Source: Chara braunii
Lineage: Eukaryota; Plantae; Charophyceae
Reading direction: 5' to 3'
Assembly (NCBI GenBank): GCA_003427395.1
Contig: BFEA01000008.1
Coordinates: forward strand, 5,201,209-5,265,208
DNA length: 64,000 nt
The notes below the pieces were generated by a model. That model was not told the DNA's origin, searched no databases, and was given only the letters and a program-made list of their open reading frames with translations. A program made the position numbers and the translations under genes. Numbering within the stretch: position 1 is the stretch's first letter; each line of letters opens with the position of its first letter. This document shows, in pieces, positions 49,500-61,968 of the stretch.

Positions 49500-50140
49500 G
49501 CTGCATTGATTGATTGACTGACGTGATTGATTGATTGAACAATCGACTGATTGATTGATTGATTGAACAATCGATTGATGATTGATTGACTGATTGATTG
49601 ATTGATTGATTGATTTTGGGTCGGGCTGATGATAAAAGGAGGAATTTGATTACACTTCTACTCACATTATAATTTTCCTCGTCTACCCGATCGTCCTAAT
49701 TACAGACCAGAAGGAAGGGGGGGAGGGGGGGGGGGGGGGGGGGGAATCAAGCAAGAGAGAAGTCTCCGAACACTCGATGATCCTTCTCATCTGCTGGAAC
49801 CCGATGATTGATATCATCATATCACCATCATCACGTAATGAAATCACCAATGATTGACATCACCAACGATCGAACCCGTCCATTGATTAGACGAGTGATC
49901 GAACACGCTGATGACTACTTCGACGCATGATTAAGCCGCTGATTGCTTCGATTGACTTTCAGACGCGGGATCGAACCCGATGATGATTGATTAGACGCAC
50001 GATTAGACCTCTGATTGATTGATTATACGTACGTGCCTCGATCGAACCCGATGATCGATTGGACGTGTGATTAAGCCGCTGATTCATTGATTAATTAATT
50101 GGACACGGGTTGTTGAGCCACGTGATTGATTAATCAGACA
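49500..50140. repeat. (GATT)n microsatellite and degenerate gatcgaacccg-containing repeats downstream of the gamma-CAL gene
   Basis: Directly visible repeats. Confidence 0.8.
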
Positions 50141-50168
50141 CGTCCGATCGATCCTATGATGATGGATG

Positions 50169-51191
50169 TCACGTGGCGGTGGCTTTCCCAGCAAGTGACT
50201 CCTTGAGCGCCTCTGCTTCCAAGTACGCTGAAGAGTAAGGCAGGAACTCCGACGCGTGCTCTCCTGCCACTGTATTCATTGCCACGGATAACGTCGGGAT
50301 CGCGGCGATCTCGTCGGTCGTCAGATCTCTCACGTATCGGGCAGGGTTTCCCCCCCACAACTTTTTCCCGCCAATCAAACGACCGGGCGGAACGACAGAC
50401 CCCGCTTCGAGGATCGCATTCTTCTCGACGACCGCTCCTTCCATCACCACGCAGCGGTCGCCGACGACCACCTGGTCCTCGATTGTGCAAGCGCGCAAGG
50501 TACACCCCGCTCCTACTGACACGTATCGCCCGATGACGGTATCAGACGCAACAGAGGAAGATACCCCCGCCGACTTCGGCGCGCTGTGAATCACACTCTT
50601 CTCCTGAATGCTGGAGTAGAACCCCACCTTGACTTTGCTGAGGTCGCCCCTCAACACACAACCATACCAAATCGTGGCCCGATCTTCGATTTCCACGTCA
50701 CCAATCAGCGTCGCATTGGGTGCCACGTAAGCATCAACAGCTACATCCGGTTCTTTGTCGTTTAGCACAACGATCTGGCGATGTCGATTATACAACTCCT
50801 GCGCGGCTCGATTACTGGTCCAGCCAGCGATTTGACGGCGGCCTTGCGTCAGAGAGGAGGAAGAGTGCCACGTTGCAGGTGGATGAGCCCTGACCACGCG
50901 GCGACACGCGGCTGTCATTCCTGGCACGTGGGAGGTGGAGAACGTGCGAGGGGAGGAGGAGCAAGAAGAAGCCGCCGTCGCCAAGGGAGGAGAAGCAGAA
51001 GCATCGCCGGCGGATCCGCTCTGAAGCTGCAATTGGCCGAACGCGCGCGCATGGCACGACACGTGGCTCTCTCTCGTCGCGGCGGCTGAAATGCCGCCTG
51101 CGGGAAGCGGACCCCCGCTGCCCCTTTCTAACACCACAGAGATGGAACGGATGACCGTCCGCGTACACCTTCTTCCCGCCATGGCCGCCAT
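50169..51191 (-). CDS. GAMMACAL: Mitochondrial gamma carbonic anhydrase-like protein (complex I CA domain subunit), single exon, 340 aa
   Basis: Hexapeptide beta-helix (DAYVAPNATLIGDV, IWYGCVLRGD, WGGNPARYVRDL) and C-terminal EFLPYSSAYLEAE. Lacks two zinc-ligand His (VGAGCTLRAC), as in gamma-CAL. R/S/A-rich presequence, first ATG at 51191. Confidence 0.93.
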   Translation of the reverse strand: MAAMAGRRCTRTVIRSISVVLERGSGGPLPAGGISAAATRESHVSCHARAFGQLQLQSGSAGDASASPPLATAASSCSSSPRTFSTSHVPGMTAACRRVVRAHPPATWHSSSSLTQGRRQIAGWTSNRAAQELYNRHRQIVVLNDKEPDVAVDAYVAPNATLIGDVEIEDRATIWYGCVLRGDLSKVKVGFYSSIQEKSVIHSAPKSAGVSSSVASDTVIGRYVSVGAGCTLRACTIEDQVVVGDRCVVMEGAVVEKNAILEAGSVVPPGRLIGGKKLWGGNPARYVRDLTTDEIAAIPTLSVAMNTVAGEHASEFLPYSSAYLEAEALKESLAGKATAT

Positions 51192-51619
51192 AGTTTTCGT
51201 CACCAAGGCCACGTGCGCCCGTTGTCCACGTGGCGCAATGCTGTGAAGACGAAGCACTGGGCTTGACTGCGCGTCCTCGCAGAACACTTCCCCTTAGGCC
51301 GTAATGAGCCACGCCCCAGTCTGAGGGGGTACTGAGGGTGAAACGCGCGGGGAACACTGTCAGCCACTCTCCCAAAACCGGCTACCCTCTGCGGTGTTCG
51401 CCCGCCCACACGTGCGCCCGTCCGCCCGTCCTTCCCCCCGTCGGGTATCCAGTTTGGCTGCGCTTAGGGCATACTCGCAACACGTAGGGCCTTTTTTTTG
51501 TTTTTTTTTAATCACGTATTTTATTTATGGACGTAATTGTGGTCATATACATGACAGAGCGGCCGTGAATGCAGTCCGATACATTAAGGATTGTATATTT
51601 TTTTTTTTTTGGGAACACA

Positions 51620-51822
51620 AACCACCAGTACCTCCGAGCCTATTTTCGACGTGGTACTGGCCAGTACCCGAACTTTTAGGAGGCCGGGCCCGACAACAGT
51701 CCGAGCCTATTTTCGACGTGGTACTGGCCAGTACCCCCCGACAACGGCGGCCGTCGTTTCGTTTCGGCCTCCTGAAAGGTCGGAGGCCGAGTATTTTCGA
51801 ACCGTCAAAGGTACTGGTGGTT
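51620..51822. mobile_element. MITE-like element upstream of gamma-CAL
   Basis: 14-bp TIR aaccaccagtacct/aggtactggtggtt and an internal direct repeat. Related inverted motifs at about 4427-4592. Confidence 0.6.
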
Positions 51823-52047
51823 GCGGTTTTCCATTTTTTCCCCTCAGAATTCGAATTCCATCCCTTTGGCAATTTGAGGCCGGGGTCCTCAACATTACTT
51901 GCCCCCGCTCGAAGAACAGTTGTGCTGGAAGCATCATCCAGCTTAGCTAACAAGCAACAAATGGCCTGCCGGCCTGTTTTCAATAGACCCCGCGGCTCAC
52001 AGGCTGCTTCCTAGCCTACCCCTAACCTGTCTAACCTACCAACCCGG

Positions 52048-52535
52048 GGCCGGGACCCACATGCACCGTGTAGTTGTAGTTTTCTACAGTGTGCGACGTG
52101 TGGGGGGCGGGAAAATCCAGAAAACTGCTTGGCTGTAAGTGGGGCATGGCGTCCGGTGGTTGGTGGCCAACCTCAATTCGAATCATCTTCCGTTTTGTGG
52201 CGGTAAAATCACAGTAAGATCCCTCCATAACTTCAAAGTGGCGGTAAAATCACGGACTTTCAACCAAAACAATCAACGCAGAGGACCGCGGTCGTTAGCA
52301 ATCGCACTTTTCTTGGAATAGCTTTCTACCACGCAGAACATGGTCTCGCCTGGATACAAATGTGATACAAATATCCGAAAGACTCGGAAACCCCGCGCTC
52401 TTCTCACATCCGCGCGGGTTGACTGTGCGCATGTCCGATCCGGGTCCATCATGCATTCAGGATTCGCTGCCCGCAGCCGCCCGACGCCACCCGCTGCCGC
52501 CCAACTAAACTACACGGCGCATGTGGGTCCCGGCC
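52048..52535. mobile_element. MITE-like element with 28-bp TIR
   Basis: ggccgggacccacatgcaccgtgtagtt and aactacacggcgcatgtgggtcccggcc. Confidence 0.65.
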
Positions 52536-53441
52536 GCTTTCGTATAAATACGTGCCTTTTTTTCCCTTTTCCCATATTTCCTCTGGTCTTTCAAGAGCGT
52601 CCGGACATTATGTTCCCCAACCCCCGACACAAGAGGCACGTTAACGACTGCATCAAGATTTTTCGGTTGGGTGAGGTACTAGTGGTTTTTGTGCATGAAC
52701 GGGGTTATGAGCCCCTTCCTTTTTTTTTTGAAGCTTCTTCGACGACCACGCTCGAACTAATCCAGTTTCAATTCCTCTACTCGGCTCATATCGCATTCCT
52801 GCCAAATGGTCATGTCGGACTTCAGATTGTCTCCGTCAACATAGGGTTGTAATTTTGGTTTTACGAGCCCTCGCTATCTGCAAGGTTTGTCCTTGATTTT
52901 GAGGGCTCCGATGGACAGTCCACATCGGTTAATCTTGTCCATTCAATTTTGTAATTTTATGCATTGTCCTTATATTTGATTGCGATTTTCGCTCGGGTTT
53001 TACGTGCGTCTGAGCGTGGTCGAAATTATTTTTCTTCCACTTTCTCCAGATTCTAGAGATCACAAATGCATGTTCGAATACTTCACAATATTTTTTTTTT
53101 TTTTTTCATGTAAATTTGGGGGATGTCCCCATAAGCCCTGTGAAATTTTGTTGATGGAGAATAGAATAAGAATCGACGTAGGAATTCGTGCGCCTCAGGC
53201 TCAGCACTTGCACACATACTTTTAATTCGAGCTTTTCAATTTCAATTTGGCTTAAGTTTATGAATTAGGCGCAACTTCACTAACACTTTTGCATAAATGT
53301 TTTGATGCCTTTTTTCTTTACGCGAATGCATCTCTTTGTGCCCCAACCCCCTTTCTTTGCACCATCATTTGCAAATTGTAACTGTTTTCGTCTCCTTCTC
53401 TTCGCGCTCTTTCTTTCATCTTGGTCCTCTTAAATCTTGGT

Positions 53442-53720
53442 TTTGTTTCATACTACTTTTCGTAACCTCCTTTCCCGCATTCCTTTACACGAGAGGAGGC
53501 CTTGTTGATCCCCTAAGTAATCGTGGAAGTCATACGACAGTGTGTAAGGAGGCTATGAACTCCTCACTCTGCAATTATTTTTGGTCCCGTTGTCTTGTTT
53601 CATACTACTTCCTATAACCTCATTTCCCGCATTCCTTTACACGAGAGGAGGTCTTGTTGATCCGCTAAGTAATCGTAGAACTTGAAGTCATACGGCAGCG
53701 TGTAAAGCGGCTCTGAATTC
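53442..53720. repeat. Tandem duplication with a period of about 150 bp
   Basis: ttgtttcatactactt...tttcccgcattcctttacacgagaggagg...taagtaatcgt occurs twice. Confidence 0.85.
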
Positions 53721-55838
53721 CTTACTCAATCCGATTGGCTACGAAGTGCTTTGAGGAGATCGACATGACTCTCCCTCCTGCTTCTCTTTCTCTATTCCCT
53801 CTCCTCTCCTATCTGTCATCATCACCCTTTTTTCATCTCCTTCGCAACTATAAATTTTGCAACCGTATCGCTTTTGCTCTCTCGCAATGTATCTGCTAAC
53901 TCTGTTGGAGTAAAGGCTAGATGAGATGGTAATCAGCAAGTCGGAAACTCCTGACAAGTTGGTTACAACTGTAGGGGATTGCATGCTAGATCGCTACAAC
54001 GGACTACGAACTTTGGACGAATCCTCATAGTAGTTGACTTGACGGGGTGACAATCGTTGTGATTTAGAACTAAGTATATGGCGGTCGGGATCTTCAGTTT
54101 TCGAGCGAGGTAAGGTGTATTGATGGGTAGTTGGTCCGAGGCCAAAGCTAAGGAGCGAAAAGTCTTGTTTCTGTCATTTTCTTCCTCGTCTCGTATTTGG
54201 CAAGTTGAATGGCGAGACTCATGTTTCCCTTCTCAATCAAATTAGTGTGTATGTTTTTTTTCTCTCACTCTCATTTGGATGCATGCATGAGTGAATGGTG
54301 ATTGTACGTGTATGATGACTCACAATGGTTGTAAGTATGTAACCGCATGGAACTGTCTTCGAGTCTTACCCCTCACCCCGCTCTCTCATTTTTAGGATCT
54401 CGTTGGGCGTAAATCTTCAAAACGCGAGTGTCGGCGGAGGCTGGTCATCCGAATAAATGTCTCTACCAGATGATGATATATTTTCAATCCTTTGCATTTT
54501 TTTTTTAGAACGAATGTATCGAGGTGTAGGTGATGGCTGAATGAATTATTTTTTTTTTTTTTTTTTTTTTCGTAGTTATTATATTTTACGGTGGACAATC
54601 ACCGCACCCTTATTTAATAAAAGTCTGTAACTCTCTCATTACAATCTTTTACTTCTTCAAGTTGCAAGATGAATTATAACAAGCAGATTAATTGTGCCCA
54701 TGTGGGCTAAAGCCAAGAAGCACTCCAGTCGGCTAACGTCCTCATTGTAGTTTTCTCTCCTTAATTTTGAAAAAATGTCTTTAGGGATATTTTTTCCTTC
54801 TATTGATTTTCTATATCATGATGGGATGTTTAGTTTATATTGTTTGTGAATGATTGGATGAAGTAGCTATTTTTTTTTGTGTGACTCCCTGAAATTAATC
54901 CTTGTTTTTTTCTTTTGGATACTAGTAATTGTCTCTTCGAAAATCCATTTCTAAATTCATCCATTAGTTTCATGGATATCCCCCTTCGTAAAGGAACATC
55001 AAGCATAAAAATCACATCGTACTCCCTAATTTCGTCTATGCAGGCGATCCCCGAAGTTAATGGAGGCTAATCATATTGTTTTGTATATGCATCGGTTATG
55101 TGGACTAAACCAGGTGAATCATCGGGATGCCCACTTCTCGAGCATCCCCGCTCACGACCTTTCTCATACAACCAGGACAAGACACATGTTTGTAAGTGGG
55201 ATGTACACGAACTTGAGGTCGTACCCAAAATCAGTGACCTTTATCATTTTTCATTAAGTCGGTTTTTGCACTTATCGATGCTCATTTTTCTCCCTATTCC
55301 GTTTTGTTACCCTTTAACGAGCTGATTATCATCTGGAGGCTGACAGTTATTCCCCATTGAACCCATATTTGTTCAATGATTGTCGTCATACGGAACGATT
55401 CCGAACCTAGGGGTTTAACTATCAGATAAGTGACGATAAGGAATTCAACAAGAAAGCAATAAGACTGCGATTTTGAGCTCGACGAGGAACATCGTCGAAC
55501 CCTCGTGCGAAACCGAGATCCCACGTGTGTTCGCGCTCCTTTTCGATTCAGGAAAAAAAATCGCATTGCTCACGACAAAGTTCAAGGATATTTTTTGGAT
55601 TAGGTAGTCGTTGATTAGGGAATCTCTATCGACCTTCCGACCTTACTCATCGCTCCATATCAACGACGGAGACGGAGAAACAACCCTCCTCTTTCTTTTT
55701 TTATTCTTAAACCACCACTATCTTTGAGCGGTGTTGCACTTAGGAATATAACCTATACCACATATTTCGGGGGTTTGGCGGAGGCCAGACCCAATGACGA
55801 TCGTCATTGATAAATTGCATCGGCGGTAGTTATTGCGT

Positions 55839-56300
55839 TGTCGAGCGCATCGGCCTCCGTGTGAGCGAGGGCCCTCCCGGCTATGTCACGCTGAAGTTAA
55901 AATGAACAAAATCAGAGACAACTTAGGACGATGCACAATTAGTCCCATTAACCGCCGAGACGGACGCGTTTGCATTGCCCCTTCGTCGCTGTAGCCGGGT
56001 GCGCCAGCTGTACATCCCGGGGTCCCCTACGACAGGATAGGTTCTCGCAGGGCACGTCTTCCCTTCCCTAAGGGGCTGTCACCACCCTTAGGGGCGTATC
56101 CCTACCGAGGTACCGACCCACGTGCGAAAAGTTTTATATGCAGTCGCAGAGGTAGATCAGCCGAGGGCGTTTGCTCGTTCGCAGTAGTATAGATACACTT
56201 GGTTAACGCCAAGTGGACCTGAACGTCGCTCGTTCCTAGGGCACTGACCTCCCAGGTGTCGAACAAACGTCGGTCGACTAGGACGGTCTCAACCAAGCGT
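55839..56300 (-). mobile_element. LTR 3' segment homologous to 26260-26686, with TATA box
   Basis: The reverse complement aligns by eye with 26362-26686, ends in ccgatgcgctcgaca, and has TATAAAA at 56132-56138. Confidence 0.75.
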
Positions 56301-57749
56301 GAAACCCAACATTCATCCTAGTCCCTTTTACACACAATCAAAAAAAAGTTACAATATCCAGATAATTATATCAAAAGAAATCGACCGCAGCCGACACAAA
56401 TACATATATATTCAACCCAAAGTAACATCTAGGAGAATCCAAATCTTAATTTGATACGTCTAATAACACAAGACCAAAAATAATCCAACCTCTTCAGGTC
56501 GAATACCATAAACAATCAACATACAATCGCCAACGAGAAGTTGCATTAATGCAGCCGACAAGGTAGTCGGACTGCCTTAGTTTTGACTTGATGAGACACA
56601 CTGCCAAATTTTTTTTTCCAACTAGAGTCGACCTATGATTGAGCATGCATACGCCTGTCTTCATACATTCTCGATCTTCCTGGATGACATGTTGCTTCGC
56701 GGATGATTCTTGATCAGAGGCATTGCTTGACGTGCTGCATGCCTCTTCCTCTAGGAAGTGGTTACTGGATATTCCTTCCCCTCGCTTGAGCCCGAAGACC
56801 CAGATCTCAGAGGTTGGGCCGTCACCACCGAGTCGGCAAAGTACCACCCCCGACGAGTCGGGTCCACTCCAAGTCGATAGCAGGGCCGGCTCCGAAAGCA
56901 TACGGACCCCCGCCTTGGATGCTTCCTAGAGAAAAGGGAACGCGTTCACCCCAAGTAATTCTCAATTATTCTTATCCCTTCTCGGTTCATGGTAATTTAG
57001 GCGTAAAGAAATTAAATGAGGTAGAGAATGAGAATCACTTGGACAGGCATAGGTATAGAAGGTCATTCCGGTTAAATGCGTAAATCATGGGAAAATGCTA
57101 AGTCCAATTGACTGCATTTCCATTTTATTCGCAAGTTTTCTTTCATGGCACCTGTTGAAATTACTCATTTCATAATTCAGGTACTTTTGTCATGCAGGCA
57201 AGTGAAAGATAGAAACATGACAATCCCTTTCTCCATCCCAAATAGGCAATGTCAATCTCCATAGCAACATCCTCCTACCTACCTACACAACATGCAAAGA
57301 AAACAAGTTCAAAAGAAGATAGTACAATCCCATGCTCAAGTCAGACCTTTTCATTCACATGCATAATTCACACAACTTTCCTCTGCCTTTTCTTTTAAAC
57401 ATTCAAAACAACAAGGTCGAGCAAAGTGTGGTTTCACACAGGTGTGAAGGAAAATCCGAGTCATTCAACTGACCTTGAGTGAAGTTGAAATAGTACACTC
57501 AAGAAGACCGTATGAATTTTTTGCTCTCCTGACGAGAAGGTTGACGTACCCAGTCGTCTCCAAAGTGATCGACACCACTCTCCTGTGATGACCGCCTGCC
57601 GGAACACCCTCTCAGCACCCAATCGCTTTTCAATGCTCAGGCGGCGTTACCCTGTTACCACCACTTCAAAATGAAGACACAGTTTTAACACACCTCCACT
57701 GTGTCCACGCCCCACTTCCACTTAGTGCACAACTATTGTCGCTACTAGC

Positions 57750-57965
57750 GCCGTCACTGCAAAAAAAACGGCAGCGCTTTCGCCGCACCGTCAAGAAACT
57801 AATGCTGCAGTCGTAAGAATTCGGCAGCGCTTCCGCACCGCCACCAAGAAACCAAGTGCCGCCGCTGCAAAATTTCGGCAGCGCTTCCGCACCACCACCA
57901 AGAAAGCAAGCGCCGCTGCCAAGAAACCAAGTGCTGCCGCTGCAAAATTTTGGCAGCACTTCCTT
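57750..57965 (-). repeat. Tandem repeat of about 54 bp containing GGAAGCGCTGCCGAAATTT
   Basis: Four copies of cggcagcgcttcc-like sequence on the + strand. Confidence 0.8.
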
Positions 57966-59088
57966 CCCAAAAACACAGCGGCGCGACCCCCTATACAAAA
58001 AATCGTTGTCGTGAGCCGACCGTCGGGCAACACCTTCCCGTCGAAGCCCTTTGCCGCACGGTTCAGTCCCGCTGCCGCCTCACGGCTACCGCTTCCCCAT
58101 AGCCTGCAGCATAGCACAAAGGTGGGGCAAGGAGCTCCCAACCTCCAGCTATGGCTGCCTCCTCCTTCCTCCAAGTGCCCCTGCAGACGTCCAACACTTC
58201 GCCTCATCACACCAGTAGCCAACCAGCCAGCATCTACTCAAGTAGAATGCCCCAACAGCATTGCCACAAGTGTGAGGCTGCTGGGTGGCAGGCTAGCTTT
58301 TATAGCTGGCTGAAGGCTGAGGGCAGCTGCTTTGCCCCCAGCCAATCTCGGAATAGGGCCTGGCCCTTGATCGACCCTTGATCTAGACCTCGATCAAGGG
58401 CCAGAAAACTGGATGTTCCCCTAGGGGAACCAAGTTCTGAGCCCTGGCAATGCATCTGGCCCTCACCCGCGGCCAGACGCAGCCCAGAAATGGCTGAGTA
58501 CAGCCATTTCTCAGCAGACTGTTGAAACCAACAGTCTGCTGTCAATTCACAGTCCATATGCTTCTAAACTCGCATCTGGACTGAGGCTGCGGCTAGATCC
58601 GCGGCCATTTTTGTTTCCAAACTTCTTCTTCTTCTTCTCTGCCCTGTATCTACGCTAAGGGCCTGACCACATACGTGGCCGTTACTTTTCTCCACACAGG
58701 CCCTTCTACCAAGCCCAAAAGGGCTTCTTTTCCCTTGCAGTACCACGCGCCCGCACCCGACCACAACCAGTGCTAGGTTCGGGCTCTGTAGAGTGTTGCA
58801 GCCCGTTCTCGAAATCGGACAGGCACAGCCGCGACAACCTCAGAAACCAAAAAAAAAAATATAGAATCAAAGTTAAAGAAAAAAGGAACCAAAAGAAAAG
58901 AATGAAACAGACACTTACCTGTTCGTGGTCCCATTGCAGCCACCAGGTAAGTCGCTCCCCTTGTCGCCGTCGGCAGGTAAGGTCTTTTCTCCCTCTCTCT
59001 CTCTCCCACACACCACGACAACCCGAATGTAGCCGCCTTGGGCGGCAGATCCATTCGCCCATCCACAGATGGGCTATCGGGGCTCATC

Positions 59089-59127
59089 CCCCTGATGAGT
59101 CGGTAAAAGTCCGACGAAACAGTCGGG
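59089..59127 (+). ncRNA. Minimal type I hammerhead ribozyme, second family, intact core
   Basis: CCC-CTGATGA-GTCGG-taaaagt-CCGAC-GAAAC-A-GTC-GGG. Confidence 0.82.
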
Positions 59128-59393
59128 CTCAGTCATGCCCCTTTTCCTTTCGCCCGTTCGTCCGAAACGAACGGGCATATAGTTCTAAGTAATAGAGGAA
59201 AAAAAAAAAAAAAAGAATCTAAACAAAATATAAGAAAAGAAAAAAAATCTAACAAAATCTAAAAAAAAGGAAAAGAAAAAACTTGCCTAAATCGTGGCTG
59301 CCCGTTTTAAATGGGCGCCTATCGTTTCACTGGGGACTTTAAGTCCCCAGTCAGTTCAGGACGCGCCAGCTGGCGCGTCGTTTTTTCATTTCT

Positions 59394-59428
<35 letters not shown>

Positions 59429-60833
59429 CGTTGGCGTCAAGCCAACGTTCACCGTCACGTGGCTTTTCAGCCACGTCCTGTTGAGATACAGACCCAAGTT
59501 CGAATCTCGTAAGATTCGACGAAATTGCCCACTTTTTTTTTTTTTTTTTCCCCAAAAAAAAAACAGAAAAAAACTCGGGCCATTTCTCGATTTATGCGAG
59601 TCATCCTTGCCTTGGGGCCATGCCAATCTCGGCGCGACTGCTTTCAGCCGCGCGATCTTACAGATCGCACGACCGAAAATGGTCGCGCCAAAGGCTGGGC
59701 TGCTCCAAAAGGAGCTGGCCCAGTGGTACAGTTAGTCAAGTTTGATCCCCATGTCTGGGAGGTGATAATGTGATACTGGTACCTACTAGGCTAGCTCCTT
59801 CTCATAATATAAAAAGAGCAACCCTTCCATATGAAGGGCTTTTGGTGCCCAGCAGGCCCCTTTCCACCGCCTAGTAGGTTGTGCCTGCTAGCCAGCTTGC
59901 TGCCGTGGCCGACAGGCGGGGTTGGCAGCCGACAGCTTAATGGTTGCCCTACCTAGCCGGCCCCGACGCCTTCGCTCCTGGTCCTCGGCGCAAAAGCCCT
60001 GTGGACCCTGAACTATTCCTCAACGCCACGGTTCTTCCTTACCGCTGCGACCCTTTCTTAGCCCACTTAGGCTCTGAATCGCGCGGCTTAACAGTCGCGC
60101 GACACTATTTTACGTAGAATAGGTCTAATTCTACCGTTCCCATGTCCGCACATACCTGCGGCTTTGACAAAACGAAGCATTACCATTCACATCCGTTACT
60201 TCTAGACGCCATGCGCGTTCCGACTATCGTCCGAAACTCTTAGTCTGTCAGTCATAGGTCAGGTCTGAATAAACATTGGCAACATCAGTCTCATCAAGTC
60301 TCTCAATTCAGCGAGAAGGTCGGACAGCATCCGACGTTGAAAAAACAGGGCAAATACCCTTGTCAGGGCATTTGCCCCGACAACATTCCCGGACCCCATT
60401 GAACGACGTCCCCGTCGTTTACCATCAATATAGAAGTCAGGGTTCTTACAAAATGATTACAATACATAACAATTTTACAATCTGCTTAAACTAAGTTGAA
60501 GCCTAATTCCACTGACAACCACTCAAAAAAAAATTATTTCTTAGAATGGTATCGGAAGCCCTCCGACTAGTTTCAAGCTACATCCATTCAGTTGATACTA
60601 TCATTTATCCAAAAAAAAATAGGATTAACCCCCTGATAGGTCTTTCGAGTCATTATGAACCCCCTGACGGGTCTATCGAATGTATCAACCTCCTGGAGTC
60701 GTTCAGACAAAGTCTGAATAATCAAATATGTATACGTATATATATACATACGTATTACTCAATATCACACATTAACTAAGTAATAATTCGTAATAATTCA
60801 TGTCGCAACCCTTTTCTTTCATGTAAGTTCTTG

Positions 60834-61525
60834 AAGAGTGCACTGATGAAGACAGGTCTCCCTGTCGCATACTCTTACAAGGAACAAAGGAGAACATTGG
60901 TCAAGACAAATTTCACTGTCGCAAACGAACTCCTTTACTTTAGAAGAGAACACTGATCAAGACGGTTATCCCGCCGCAAATGAACTCTTCTCTCTCTCAA
61001 AAGAAAATGTCGATCAAGACAGGTTTCCCTGCCGCAGACAAATTCCTCTCTACCTGAAGCCGAGAACAAAACGCTGATCGAGACAAGTTTCCCTGCCGCA
61101 ACGAATTGCTCTCAATTAATTTTTGAAAGGAGATCTGATCAATACAGATTGCTCTGCCACAGATATACCCCTCAAAGATTGGAGGAGAACTTTGATCAAG
61201 ACAGGTTTTCCTGCCGCAGACGAACTCCTCTATTGTTCATTTAATGATTAAAATGAAGGAGAACGCAGTTTATGACAGGTTATCCTGCCACAAACGAGTT
61301 CCCCTATTAATCTGNNNNNNNNNNNNNNNNNNNNNNNNNNNNNNNNNNNNNNNNNNNNNNNNNNNNNNNNNNNNNNNNNNNNNNNNNNNNNNNNNNNNNN
61401 NNNNNNNNNNNNNNNNNNNNNNNNNNNNNNNNNNNNNNNNNNNNNNNNNNNNNNNNNNNNNNNNATGAAGGAGAACGCAGTTTATGACAGGTTATCCTGC
61501 CACAAACGAGTTCCCCTATTAATCT
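60834..61525 (-). repeat. Array of 8 hairpin units, period about 55-75 bp, mostly with GNRA-type loops
   Basis: Minus-strand core GGCAGG-GAAA-CCTGTC-TTGATCAG. The copy after the N gap duplicates unit 8. Confidence 0.88.
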
Positions 61526-61968
61526 GAGCTGCAACATAAAATTATTACATTGAACTTACTATAGTTTATATCATGTCAGAATCAGTCAGATGTTATCGAT
61601 CTCCCTGTGATATGCGTCGAGGAGTGGTGTAATCCTCTTTAAGGGATAACATCTCGACATCAAGCCCAACTTTAGATTCGATCCTCACCACATTCCCTCC
61701 GATTCCGATGTTGCGACCCCATCCATCGGCTACCTAATAGAGTAGGACAACCCCACCTCCCACAACCGAGGTTAGTGGGACCTCGGCTATGAAGGTGAGA
61801 TGACTCTGGTCGACACGCAGTTAGGTCACTACTCCTTCCCTTGTGGCGAACAGTAGTCGCCTCTTCTATAAGCAGCCTCTTGATGTGATCACATCACCTT
61901 CCTCCCTTTCAATGATAGTGTAGTCCTCGTTCCTTAAACCACATAGGATCCAAAAGACAACATCCCGC

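Noticed and set aside
55839-60104. A solo LTR bounded by TGTCG...CGACA
   Set aside because: The flanks (tgcgt versus ctatt) give no TSD, so the right boundary is not supported.
60843-60870. CTGATGA plus a hairpin as another hammerhead
   Set aside because: It is followed by GCAT rather than GAAA, and it is a variant of the array unit ctgatcaa whose structured strand is the minus strand.
61464-61525. Ninth unit of the GNRA array
   Set aside because: An exact copy of the sequence before the N gap, probably a scaffold overlap.
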